A DNA stretch of 13,367 nt. Source: Thermodesulfobacteriota bacterium (GTDB lineage Bacteria > Desulfobacterota > Binatia > Bin18). The translations under genes and the position numbers were made by a program. Positions 1 to 7,142 of the stretch are shown here, piece by piece; within the stretch, counting starts at the first letter, position 1; each line of letters starts with the position of its first letter. Location of the stretch: assembly GCA_964291405.2 (NCBI GenBank), contig OZ219925.1, positions 1 to 13,367 of the forward strand. Reading direction: 5' to 3'. The notes under the pieces are model-generated. The model saw only the letters and a list, made by a program, of their open reading frames with translations, had not been told where the DNA came from and ran no database searches.

Positions 1-436
1 TGATGACCGGAATGGTGGCATGGCGCGCCCATTCCTCCAACGTGGATTGCTCGAACGTGCGAATCACGAGCCCGTCGAGGTACCGGGACAACACCAGGGC
101 GGTATCGCCGAGACTCTCGCCCCGGCTGAGTTGGATGGTATCCGACGGCAGGAACAAGGCCTGCCCGCCCAATTGATGCATGCCCGTTTCAAAGGAGACT
201 CGCGTGCGGGTCGAGGGTTTCTCGAACAGCAGCCCCAGCGTCAATCCCGCCAGCCATTGCGAAGCCGAACCGGATCGCGGGGCGGCTTTGATCTCGCGGG
301 CAATGCGGAACAAGCGGAAGATCTGACTGCCGGACAAGTCGGCAACGGCCAACAAATCCTTCATGCCGCCGGCCGGCGTCGCGGGCGGAGCCGCGGAAAC
401 GCCGGGCTCCGGAATGGATTGTCCCAAGAGTGTCAT
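1..436 (-). CDS. argF: Ornithine carbamoyltransferase, N-terminal part (runs off the window edge). Start at ATG 436 or in-frame ATG 364.
   Basis: My translation of the minus strand: MTLLGQ...MKDLLAVADLS...LGLLFEKPSTRTRVSFETGMHQLGGQALFL...QLSRGESLGDTALVLSRYLDGLVIRTF...IPVI. It has the carbamoyl-phosphate-binding STRTR motif and lies directly downstream of argD. Confidence 0.93.
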   Translation of the reverse strand, partial: MTLLGQSIPEPGVSAAPPATPAGGMKDLLAVADLSGSQIFRLFRIAREIKAAPRSGSASQWLAGLTLGLLFEKPSTRTRVSFETGMHQLGGQALFLPSDTIQLSRGESLGDTALVLSRYLDGLVIRTFEQSTLEEWARHATIPVI

Positions 437-462
437 ATAGGGGACGGCCCCCGTGCCGTCCA
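437..462 (+). repeat. GTAG-type REP hairpin, empty copy (ATAG variant)
   Basis: ATAGGGGACGGCCCCCGTGCCGTCCA, stem GGACGGC/GCCGTCC. Nearly identical to the 5481 copy once that copy's 24-nt insert is removed (GTAGGGGACGGCCTGTGTGCCGTCCC). Confidence 0.8.
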
Positions 463-503
463 TGATCCCAATTGAATTATGTGCAACATCATTTTTCGCG
501 TCT

Positions 504-1715
504 TCATGAATGCGGAAGCGACTCGAGCCGTTTTTGCAAGACGCCGGCCAACACGTCCAACAAGCGATCGATCTCGCCGTTGGTCACGATCAACGGCGGC
601 ACGAACCGGAGGACGTTGCCCACGGTGCAATTGATCAATATGCGCCGGGCCAGACAGTCATGGACGACCGGTTGCCCGTCTATGGATAATTCCATGCCTT
701 GCAGGAGACCCAGGCCGCGAACCGCGGTGACCACGGACAACCGGTTCTGCAAGGATTGGAGCCCTTTGTGCAGGTAGGTCCCGGCTGCCCGGCAGCGTTC
801 GAGCAATTGGTCGTCCAACAACGCGTCAAGCGTGGCAAGGGCGCCGGCGCAGGCCAGGGGGTTCCCGCCGAACGTGGACGCATGGGAACCAGGCCCGAAC
901 GCTTGCGCCACGGCGTCGGTGGCGAGACAGGCGCCGATGGGAAGCCCACCGCCCAAGCCCTTGGCCAGGGTCATGATATCCGGCTGCACGTTGTAGTGTT
1001 CATACGCAAACAGGGCGCCGGTTCTGCCCATGCCCGTCTGGACCTCGTCGAAAATCAACAGCACGTCGCGCTTCCGACAGAGCGCGTGCAGTTGTTCCAG
1101 AAACTTCTCCTCGGCCACCACCACTCCGCCCTCGCCCTGTAGGGGTTCAAGCATCACCGCGGCGGTGCGACCATCCATCTGGCGTTTGATCGAGGAGAAG
1201 TCGTTGAAGTCGGCATATTTGAATCCTTGCGGCAGCGGCGCGAATCCCTGCTGTACTTTGGCCTGTCCCGTTGCCGTGAGGGTGGCCAGGGTCCGGCCGT
1301 GAAACGAGTTGTTCATGGTGATGATCTTGTGCCGGTCCGGGCCGTATTTTTCAAAAGAATACTTGCGGGCGAGCTTGATGGCGGCTTCGTTGGCTTCCGC
1401 CCCGCTGTTGCAGAAGAACACCTTGTCGGCAAAGGAATGCGCGACCAATCGCTCGGCGAGCCGCACTTGCGGTTCGGAATAATACAGGTTCGACGTATGC
1501 AGGAGGTGACGGGCCTGTCGCTCGATAGCCGTGACCAGGTCGGGATGGCCGTGCCCCAGCGCATTGACCGCGATGCCGGCCACAAAGTCCAGGTATTCCC
1601 GGTCCTCCGCGTCATAGACCTTACACCCCTTGCCCCGCACCAGGCTGACGGGAAACCGGGCATAGGTATTCATGATCGTCCGGGCGGAACGCTGTTGAAG
1701 ATCTTCAGTCAGCAT
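504..1715 (-). CDS. argD: Acetylornithine aminotransferase (class III PLP enzyme)
   Basis: MLTEDLQQ...MNTYAR...YLDFVAGIAVNALGH, NSGAEANEAAIKLAR, FHGRT, LIFDEVQTGMGRTG, TLAKGLGGG (PLP lysine), HASTFGGNPL. A GAGG SD precedes ATG 1715 and argF is adjacent. Confidence 0.95.
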   Translation of the reverse strand: MLTEDLQQRSARTIMNTYARFPVSLVRGKGCKVYDAEDREYLDFVAGIAVNALGHGHPDLVTAIERQARHLLHTSNLYYSEPQVRLAERLVAHSFADKVFFCNSGAEANEAAIKLARKYSFEKYGPDRHKIITMNNSFHGRTLATLTATGQAKVQQGFAPLPQGFKYADFNDFSSIKRQMDGRTAAVMLEPLQGEGGVVVAEEKFLEQLHALCRKRDVLLIFDEVQTGMGRTGALFAYEHYNVQPDIMTLAKGLGGGLPIGACLATDAVAQAFGPGSHASTFGGNPLACAGALATLDALLDDQLLERCRAAGTYLHKGLQSLQNRLSVVTAVRGLGLLQGMELSIDGQPVVHDCLARRILINCTVGNVLRFVPPLIVTNGEIDRLLDVLAGVLQKRLESLPHS

Positions 1716-1744
1716 GGCGACGAAACCTCGCGTGGAAAGAGGCG

Positions 1745-1774
1745 AATCTAGCACAGGGCCTCTCAGAGGTGCAA
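1745..1774 (-). promoter_or_regulatory. Putative sigma70 promoter for argD-argF
   Basis: Minus strand TTGCAC (1774-1769), 18-nt spacer, TAGATT (1750-1745) with an extended -10 TG. Confidence 0.45.
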
Positions 1775-1844
1775 CGGAACGGGGCCTTCTTCTCCGGCGT
1801 TGACGCGGCATTCGCCCGCCCGGTGGCCATCCGGAACAGTCGCA

Positions 1845-1853
1845 TGGTATAAC
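1845..1853 (+). promoter_or_regulatory. Extended -10 promoter (TGGTATAAC) of a probably leaderless gene
   Basis: TGnTATAAC ends 7 nt before ATG 1861, and no SD sequence is present. Confidence 0.5.
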
Positions 1854-1860
1854 CCCAACC

Positions 1861-2553
1861 ATGAGAGCGTGCGAGTCCTGCGAACAACAGAATCCCGATG
1901 ATGCCCAGTTTTGCCTGCGCTGCGGGAAGGAGTTTCCTCCGGAAACGGCGGCTGAGGCTGCCCCAGAGACGGATCAGGAGGAGCAGTATTGGCGGACGTT
2001 GATCGGTCCCGGGAGGTGTATCCAATTCACGTTGACGAGCGGCTGGTCGTGGAAACCCGCGTGGGATTATTACCAACGCGTGTTTCAACGGTTTCACACC
2101 GCACAAGGCCCCCGCTTTTCGCTCACGTGGAACTGGGCCCCGTTTTTGGTCGAACCCTTTCTCTGGTTTCTGTATCGAAAAATGTACCTGTTTGCGTTCG
2201 TGTACTTTATCGGTCCCATTGTGTCCGTGTTTATCACCAGCGATATCACGGTGCCGATCGTGTGGTCGATCATCGCCAGCGCGAGCGCCAATTACGTGTA
2301 TTACTGGCACCTGAGAGACCTGTTACTGAAAGCGAAAGCCCGGACCGGCCTGGACCACGCGGCCCGCATGCGGCAGCTCATGGATGAAGGCGGCGTCCAA
2401 TCCTACGTGTTCTGGTTGGTGGCGGCGTCATTCTTGTTGAAGATCGGCGTCTTCTTTGCCGTGCTCGGCGAAGCGCCGCTCGAAGACGAGTTTCCCTTGC
2501 CTGACGGGGAGCCCGGTGGGGAGGAGACGGAGGGCCGCCGGATGATTCTGTGA
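1861..2553 (+). CDS. N-terminal zinc-ribbon plus DUF2628-like membrane protein
   Basis: CESC...N...AQFCLRCG zinc ribbon; WNWAPFL...WFLYRKMY and ANYVYY segments typical of DUF2628; hydrophobic helices. Confidence 0.75.
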   Translation: MRACESCEQQNPDDAQFCLRCGKEFPPETAAEAAPETDQEEQYWRTLIGPGRCIQFTLTSGWSWKPAWDYYQRVFQRFHTAQGPRFSLTWNWAPFLVEPFLWFLYRKMYLFAFVYFIGPIVSVFITSDITVPIVWSIIASASANYVYYWHLRDLLLKAKARTGLDHAARMRQLMDEGGVQSYVFWLVAASFLLKIGVFFAVLGEAPLEDEFPLPDGEPGGEETEGRRMIL

Positions 2554-2574
2554 CGGCCGTGAACGAGTCGGAAA

Positions 2575-3411
2575 TCAGCGGCCGGGGCCGGTCGGTTGCG
2601 ACAGTTCCCACCCGAACCATGATTGGAACCATTCATAGTCGCTTTGGTAGGCCGTATGCACCGTGGGCAATCCGTCGTCGCTTTTCTCCTTCAACAAGGT
2701 ATAGGTCCGCGGCCAGTTTTTGGTCCACCAGGATTTGAGTTCGCCCGGGGTAAACGGATGGTCATTGGGTTGACGAATGCCGGCGGCCGTAATCACATCG
2801 GTGAGCAGCGGCCAATAGCGGTCTTTCCCCAGGTTCAGGGTGCGGAAATGCTCACGGAGCAGAAACACGACCCACAACTCGGCGCTGTGTTTTTTATTGT
2901 GTTTGAACGGTTGCGTTTGCCGCAGGGGAATGGGGTCGAAATTCTTGATGGTTGACGTATAATCCGGCCCGCCGTAACTGCCCGCGACCTTGGCAATGTC
3001 CTGCAACATGTTGGCCAACTCGACCTCGACCACCGGTGAGGCAGACGGCGCCGGCTTGGGCTCAAAGGGGTTGACCGTCGTCAAGAGGTCAATCAGGGGT
3101 TTTAATTCGCGCAGGCGCGTCACTGCGGCATTCAGGATCTGCGCCGATTCCAACCAGTAATCCGGATCGTGTTTGGAAACGCGTTCACGACCCGGCGGGG
3201 GCAACACGATGGGGATCCAATGGCGCACCAGGACGAACAGGATGTACGGCATGTCCCCATCGACTTCCGCTACGCGGTCCAACACGTTGTGGGGCGTGGC
3301 CGCGTTGTCAAAGAACTGCTCGACCTTCTCCCGGATGTGGAGCCGTTGCCCGAGCGCGATCCACCACCGTGCGTCGAGGTGAGGTCGGTCGGGTCGAGTC
3401 ATAGGCGGCAT
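2575..3411 (-). CDS. Hypothetical protein (about 275 aa; start ATG 3411 or 3402)
   Basis: Long protein-like ORF. The 5' extension to 3708 in the ORF track runs through the repeat and gpmA and is not credible. Confidence 0.7.
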   Translation of the reverse strand: MPPMTRPDRPHLDARWWIALGQRLHIREKVEQFFDNAATPHNVLDRVAEVDGDMPYILFVLVRHWIPIVLPPPGRERVSKHDPDYWLESAQILNAAVTRLRELKPLIDLLTTVNPFEPKPAPSASPVVEVELANMLQDIAKVAGSYGGPDYTSTIKNFDPIPLRQTQPFKHNKKHSAELWVVFLLREHFRTLNLGKDRYWPLLTDVITAAGIRQPNDHPFTPGELKSWWTKNWPRTYTLLKEKSDDGLPTVHTAYQSDYEWFQSWFGWELSQPTGPGR

Positions 3412-3520
3412 GACGGTTGTCTCGGAGGCGTGATCCTGTCGGAACTGACGGGGAGCGGGACGTGCTTGGCATGGTACGGGGTGCGGCCGAGCAAAGCAAG
3501 GGGAGAGCACCAGGCGGCCT

Positions 3521-3594
3521 GTAGGGGCGAACCGGAGCCTGCCCTGCCTGTCCTGAGCGAAGTCGAAGGAAGCGAAGTGAATGGGTGTTCGCCC
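3521..3594 (+). repeat. GTAG-type REP carrying two nested 24-nt inserts
   Basis: GTAGGGGCGAACCGGAG [CCTGCCCTG [CCTGTCCTGAGCGAAGTCGAAGGA] AGCGAAGTGAATGGG] TGTTCGCCC; REP stem GGGCGAAC/GTTCGCCC. Confidence 0.9.
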
Positions 3595-3616
3595 GGTTTG
3601 CACATGAGGAGGACGC

Positions 3617-4222
3617 ATGAAACAACTCGTCTTGATTCGCCACGGTGAATCACAATGGAATCTTGAAAACCGGTTTACCGGGTGGGTGGACGTCCCCCTC
3701 AGCCCCAAGGGCGAGCAGGAAGCGAGGGAAGCAGGAGAGAAACTCCGGACTTTCCGGTTTGATCACGCCTTTACCTCCGTGTTGACGCGGGCCATCAAAA
3801 CCCTGGAGATCGTGTTGGACGTGATCGGCCAATCCGGGCTGCCGGTCGAACAAGACCAGGCGTTGAACGAACGTATGTACGGGGATTTGCAAGGCCTCAA
3901 TAAGGCCGAAACTGCCAAACAATACGGAGAGGCCCAGGTGAAATTGTGGAGAAGAAGTTACGACGTGCGGCCCCCGGGTGGAGAAAGTCTCAAGGACACG
4001 GCCGAACGTGTGCTGCCCTATTACCGGGACCGGATCTGGCCGTGCCTCGCCAAAGGCGAAACGCTTCTGGTGGCCGCGCACGGGAACAGCCTGCGCGCCC
4101 TCGTCATGCACCTCGACCAACTCTCACGAGAAGAAGTGCTCGAACTGAACATCCCCACCGGCGCCCCGCTGCTCTATGAGCTGGACGACGAGGGCCAAGC
4201 CGTCGCCCACCGGTATCTCTAA
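3617..4222 (+). CDS. gpmA: 2,3-bisphosphoglycerate-dependent phosphoglycerate mutase
   Basis: [68 protein letters not shown]; strong GAGGAGG SD. Confidence 0.96.
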   Translation: MKQLVLIRHGESQWNLENRFTGWVDVPLSPKGEQEAREAGEKLRTFRFDHAFTSVLTRAIKTLEIVLDVIGQSGLPVEQDQALNERMYGDLQGLNKAETAKQYGEAQVKLWRRSYDVRPPGGESLKDTAERVLPYYRDRIWPCLAKGETLLVAAHGNSLRALVMHLDQLSREEVLELNIPTGAPLLYELDDEGQAVAHRYL

Positions 4223-4274
4223 CCCCCTTTTTTTGCCGTCTGTCAGCCCCGATGAGCATTCCGTTTACTACGCA

Positions 4275-4302
4275 TTGACAAATAGATTGATCTGCGTATA
4301 CT
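4275..4302 (+). promoter_or_regulatory. Near-consensus sigma70 promoter
   Basis: TTGACA (4275-4280), 16-nt spacer, TATACT (4297-4302). An inverted repeat TACGCA (4269-4274)/TGCGTA (4293-4298) brackets the -35 box and overlaps the -10 box. Confidence 0.7.
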
Positions 4303-4308
4303 GCGAGA

Positions 4309-4590
4309 AGTTGTTCCGCGAAGTGAATTCCAGGTGAGTCCGGCAGGCAAACAACAGCAGCCTGAGGACCACGGCGTCCGGCGACCGGGCCATCTGGGAA
4401 TTCTGAAAGTTCCCCCGGGCCAAGATGTCCTACGAAAAGGCCACGGTGACAGGGGAACGTCAGCCTCGGAAAACAAAAACGAGAGTGGAAGGGGATCGCT
4501 CACGCCTCGGTGTGGCTCGTGAGAATCAGGTCCACGTCACTTTTTACGCAGACGTAGCACGAATTTAGCACAAAGAAGAGAACACACCGG
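4309..4590 (+). ncRNA. Candidate structured ncRNA or long 5' leader; I recognise no family
   Basis: Follows the strong promoter, has no credible ORF, and contains many short helices with purine-rich loops (see findings). Boundaries are approximate. Confidence 0.4.
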
Positions 4591-4630
4591 TTACAACGTG
4601 AGGGAAGGAACGGTCGAAGAAAGGAATACG

Positions 4631-4882
4631 ATGGAAGCCCCGAAGTTTAGCATCGCCCGCATTGTTATTGATGGAAACACCCGACAAATCACCGCGGAGT
4701 GCGCACTGGAGCATTCCGGGCACTCGATAAAACAAGCGAGCGTGACCCTCCCCCACACGGACGCGCTCGACTCGTGCCGGGAGTACGTCTTCAAGCACGT
4801 TTATCAGACGCTGTTTGAAGTGATCCGATTTGGCGCTCAAATTCCGAAAGCGCCCGAAGGACATGATCACGAACCGTCGTAG
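4631..4882 (+). CDS. Small hypothetical protein (83 aa)
   Basis: AAGGA SD 5 nt before ATG 4631; MEAPKFSIARIVIDG...; hairpin CCGTCGT/ACGACGG (4874-4892) overlaps the stop. Confidence 0.6.
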   Translation: MEAPKFSIARIVIDGNTRQITAECALEHSGHSIKQASVTLPHTDALDSCREYVFKHVYQTLFEVIRFGAQIPKAPEGHDHEPS

Positions 4883-5010
4883 GCCACGACGGGTCGGTCG
4901 CCTTCGCAAAATCCGGAAACATCTCCAGCAGCGACGGTAAATTCTCGTGCTGAACGGGCCTTTGTCTGGCGTGCGATACGTGTTTATGGTACGGTCTGTA
5001 TCACTCTAAG

Positions 5011-5472
5011 ATGAAGAGGAAACTTCACCTCATTGGGAAACTACACCCCGCTGCCGGGGGGCTGGCGCTTCTGATTATCGCGGCGTTCTGGGTCTCGACG
5101 CTCGGCTCGGAACTCTTCGGCACGGAGGACGACATCAGGACCGTCAAGCTGATGATTCCCTGGGGCTTCTTGGTGCTCATTCCGTCACTCGCCCTGGCAG
5201 GAGGTACGGGCCATGTGCTCGGTCGCGGTCGAACAGACCGATTGGTCGCTCGCAAGGGCAAGCGGATGCCGTTCATCGCCGCCAATGGCATCGTCATCCT
5301 GATTCCGGCCGCGCTGTTTCTGGCCTACAAGGCCGATGCCTACGCATTCGACACAACCTTCTATGCGGTACAGGTCCTGGAACTGGTCATGGGGGCGCTG
5401 AACATCGCGCTCCTGGGCCTGAACCTGGTCGATGGCCTTCGGCTGACGGGCCCGCGTGCTCCTACATCATAA
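5011..5472 (+). CDS. Conserved hypothetical four-helix membrane protein
   Basis: Four hydrophobic segments; HPAAG..., IPWGFLVLIP, KRMPFIAANG and FYAVQVLEL resemble a widespread uncharacterised family. Confidence 0.75.
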   Translation: MKRKLHLIGKLHPAAGGLALLIIAAFWVSTLGSELFGTEDDIRTVKLMIPWGFLVLIPSLALAGGTGHVLGRGRTDRLVARKGKRMPFIAANGIVILIPAALFLAYKADAYAFDTTFYAVQVLELVMGALNIALLGLNLVDGLRLTGPRAPTS

Positions 5473-5480
5473 TCATATTT

Positions 5481-5530
5481 GTAGGGGACGGCCTGTGCCT
5501 GCCCTGAACGAAGCCGAAGGGTGCCGTCCC
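5481..5530 (+). repeat. GTAG-type REP with one 24-nt insert
   Basis: GTAGGGGACGGCCTGTG [CCTGCCCTGAACGAAGCCGAAGGG, 5498-5521] TGCCGTCCC; stem GGGACGGC/GCCGTCCC. Confidence 0.9.
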
Positions 5531-5535
5531 GTCTG

Positions 5536-5606
5536 AACCCCCCTGCCCCGCTTGTCAGGGGGGAACGGAGGTCTGCGTCCCCCTGATAAGGGGGATTGAG
5601 GGGGTT
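5536..5606. repeat. Inverted pair of C/G-run palindromic repeats
   Basis: AACCCCCCTGCCCCGCTTGTCAGGGGGGA (5536-5564) is an imperfect match to the reverse complement of 5578-5606 (AACCCCCTCAATCCCCCTTATCAGGGGGA). Confidence 0.75.
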
Positions 5607-5632
5607 ATCCCTACGACATTGCTGCTGCCGAC

Positions 5633-5660
5633 GTAGGGAACAACGATCGTTATTCCCTAT
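5633..5660. repeat. Double-ended GTAG-type palindrome
   Basis: GTAGGGAACAACGATCGTTATTCCCTAT, a near-perfect 28-nt palindrome between convergent genes. Confidence 0.75.
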
Positions 5661-5670
5661 GGGCTGAGAA

Positions 5671-6012
5671 TTAGAAGCGCCGTCGCTTGACCGGAAGGGA
5701 CTCGGCAAACTTCGCCGCCCGGCGCACCCACGTTTTCAAATCCTTGTCCGATTCGATGCCCGACGGCTCAACCAGCGCCCATCCTTTCATGATTCGTCCC
5801 GTGATATCGAACGGCTTCGTGTGCGGTATCGCCAGAGTCTCGTCGTGATGTGTTCTATCGAGCCGTACGATGAGCGACCTCTTCCAGGCGCCCACGCACA
5901 TGTTCCCGTTGATCATGAAACAGACGCCGCCGAACATCTTCTTCTCGGAGAATCCCTTGCGCTGCGAGAGTATGGGGCGGATCCGTGCGGCCAACGCATC
6001 CTCGTTCCTCAT
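5671..6012 (-). CDS. TfoX/Sxy N-terminal domain protein
   Basis: EKKMFGGVCFMINGNM...LIVRL...PFDITGRIMKGWALV...DLKTWV...FAESLP is the typical TfoX_N pattern. Confidence 0.85.
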   Translation of the reverse strand: MRNEDALAARIRPILSQRKGFSEKKMFGGVCFMINGNMCVGAWKRSLIVRLDRTHHDETLAIPHTKPFDITGRIMKGWALVEPSGIESDKDLKTWVRRAAKFAESLPVKRRRF

Positions 6013-6028
6013 ATCCGTTCTCCCATAC

Positions 6029-6526
6029 CTATCGCAGGGTTTCCTCGAGTTCGGCGACGAGTTCGCCGATCTCGTCGATCGGGACCAGGTCGAGCAAAAC
6101 CGCCAGCATGTGTTGCCGGTCGTGGGTCGCGATCACGTCGTCCTCCTCCAGCCCCTCGGCGGCGTCACTCAGGACCGCAATGGGTTCGCCGCCCTGTTGC
6201 GTGATGTCCTCCCAGGTTCGGTGCTTGCGTTCCATCGCGGCATAAAACTCATCGATGGGCACGTGAACCAGCCCGAACCGGCTGCCCCATTTGTCACGGA
6301 TCTGTTCGTGAATGACTTGGTGCATCCGGCTGCAAACGGGTTCGGGAATACTCACGCGTACGGCGCAGGTGATCCAATACAGGCTCAGGGCCAACAGTTC
6401 TTTGGTGAGGGCTTGCGCCTGTTGGGCGGTGAGGGTCAGTCCGTATTCTTCGAGGAAATCGGGGGCGACGGACGGGGGGATGAGTTGAACGAGAGCTTTC
6501 GCGGTCTCTTGGGCGTGTTCGGTCAT
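6029..6526 (-). CDS. Hypothetical acidic helical protein (165 aa)
   Basis: MTEHAQETAKALVQLIPP...; protein-like composition; stop lies 16 nt before the TfoX start, suggesting an operon. Confidence 0.7.
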   Translation of the reverse strand: MTEHAQETAKALVQLIPPSVAPDFLEEYGLTLTAQQAQALTKELLALSLYWITCAVRVSIPEPVCSRMHQVIHEQIRDKWGSRFGLVHVPIDEFYAAMERKHRTWEDITQQGGEPIAVLSDAAEGLEEDDVIATHDRQHMLAVLLDLVPIDEIGELVAELEETLR

Positions 6527-6690
6527 GGCGTGCTCGGGTGAGGGCTTTCGATGATCGCTTGGCAGCATACGCAGCAGGGCGTGGCTGAGGCAAGCCCTTC
6601 TCTTGACACTGAAACCCGGTGAATGCCACGCTTGCCCTGGCGATTTCTTTGATATCATCCTGATACAGAATAGACGGGGCAAGCACAGCG

Positions 6691-7068
6691 ATGTCCTATC
6701 TCCTGATGGCCATTGCGGGCTTATGGATGGCCGATGGGTTGGCCTTATTGGTGGCGCCCCTGTGGATCGTCGGACAGGTCAGGCAGGCCCTCGCGACCTC
6801 GCCTTCTCTCGCGAAATGGTCGGGGCTCACCCTGGTGGGAGGCATGATCCTGCTCCTGCAAGCGTCCGATCTGCCCTACCAGGTAGTATGGATGGTCACG
6901 GGGCTGGCCATGGTGGTGAAGGGCGGATTTTTTCTGTTGTCGAACGACGACGTTCGTCAGTCCGTGTTGCAGTGGGGCTTGAGCCGGGAGGCGGTGGATT
7001 ATCGGTTTTGGGGGCTTGGGTTGTGTACGCTCTCACTGTTGTTGATTCATGCGTGCGGGTGGCTGTAG
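6691..7068 (+). CDS. Small four-helix membrane protein (possibly DUF2065-like)
   Basis: Four hydrophobic segments; the stop TAG is supplied by the GTAG of a REP. Confidence 0.75.
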   Translation: MSYLLMAIAGLWMADGLALLVAPLWIVGQVRQALATSPSLAKWSGLTLVGGMILLLQASDLPYQVVWMVTGLAMVVKGGFFLLSNDDVRQSVLQWGLSREAVDYRFWGLGLCTLSLLLIHACGWL

Positions 7069-7114
7069 GGGTGGACCGGAGCCTGCCCTGAGCGAAGTGA
7101 ATGGGTGTCCGCCC
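7065..7114 (+). repeat. GTAG-type REP with one 24-nt insert
   Basis: GTAGGGGTGGACCGGAG [CCTGCCCTGAGCGAAGTGAATGGG, 7082-7105] TGTCCGCCC. The insert is identical to the outer insert of the 3521 copy. Confidence 0.9.
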
Positions 7115-7142
7115 TATCAAGGAAAGGGGCGTTGACGGGTTG

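Noticed and set aside
20-475. 151-aa plus-strand ORF and other ORFs antisense to argF/argD
   Set aside because: They are shadows of well-supported minus-strand genes in GC-rich DNA.
3412-3708. N-terminal extension of the 377-aa ORF, and the shared peptide GRTPIHFA...QGRLR with ORF 6896-7996
   Set aside because: The similarity comes from translating the REP and 24-mer repeat, not from protein homology.
4223-4236. Intrinsic terminator after gpmA
   Set aside because: A T-run is present but no convincing stem precedes it.
4309-4600. RNase P, tmRNA, 6S, c-di-GMP or cobalamin riboswitch identity for the structured region
   Set aside because: Only fragments resemble them (AGTCCGG, GGCAAAC, GTGAATTCC). 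The required conserved cores and tRNA-like ends are absent.
6603-6635. Promoter from TTGACA at 6603
   Set aside because: There is no acceptable -10 hexamer at 16-18 nt spacing.
3521-7114. Dispersed 24-26 nt repeats as a CRISPR array
   Set aside because: The copies are kilobases apart, with no regular spacers and no cas genes.
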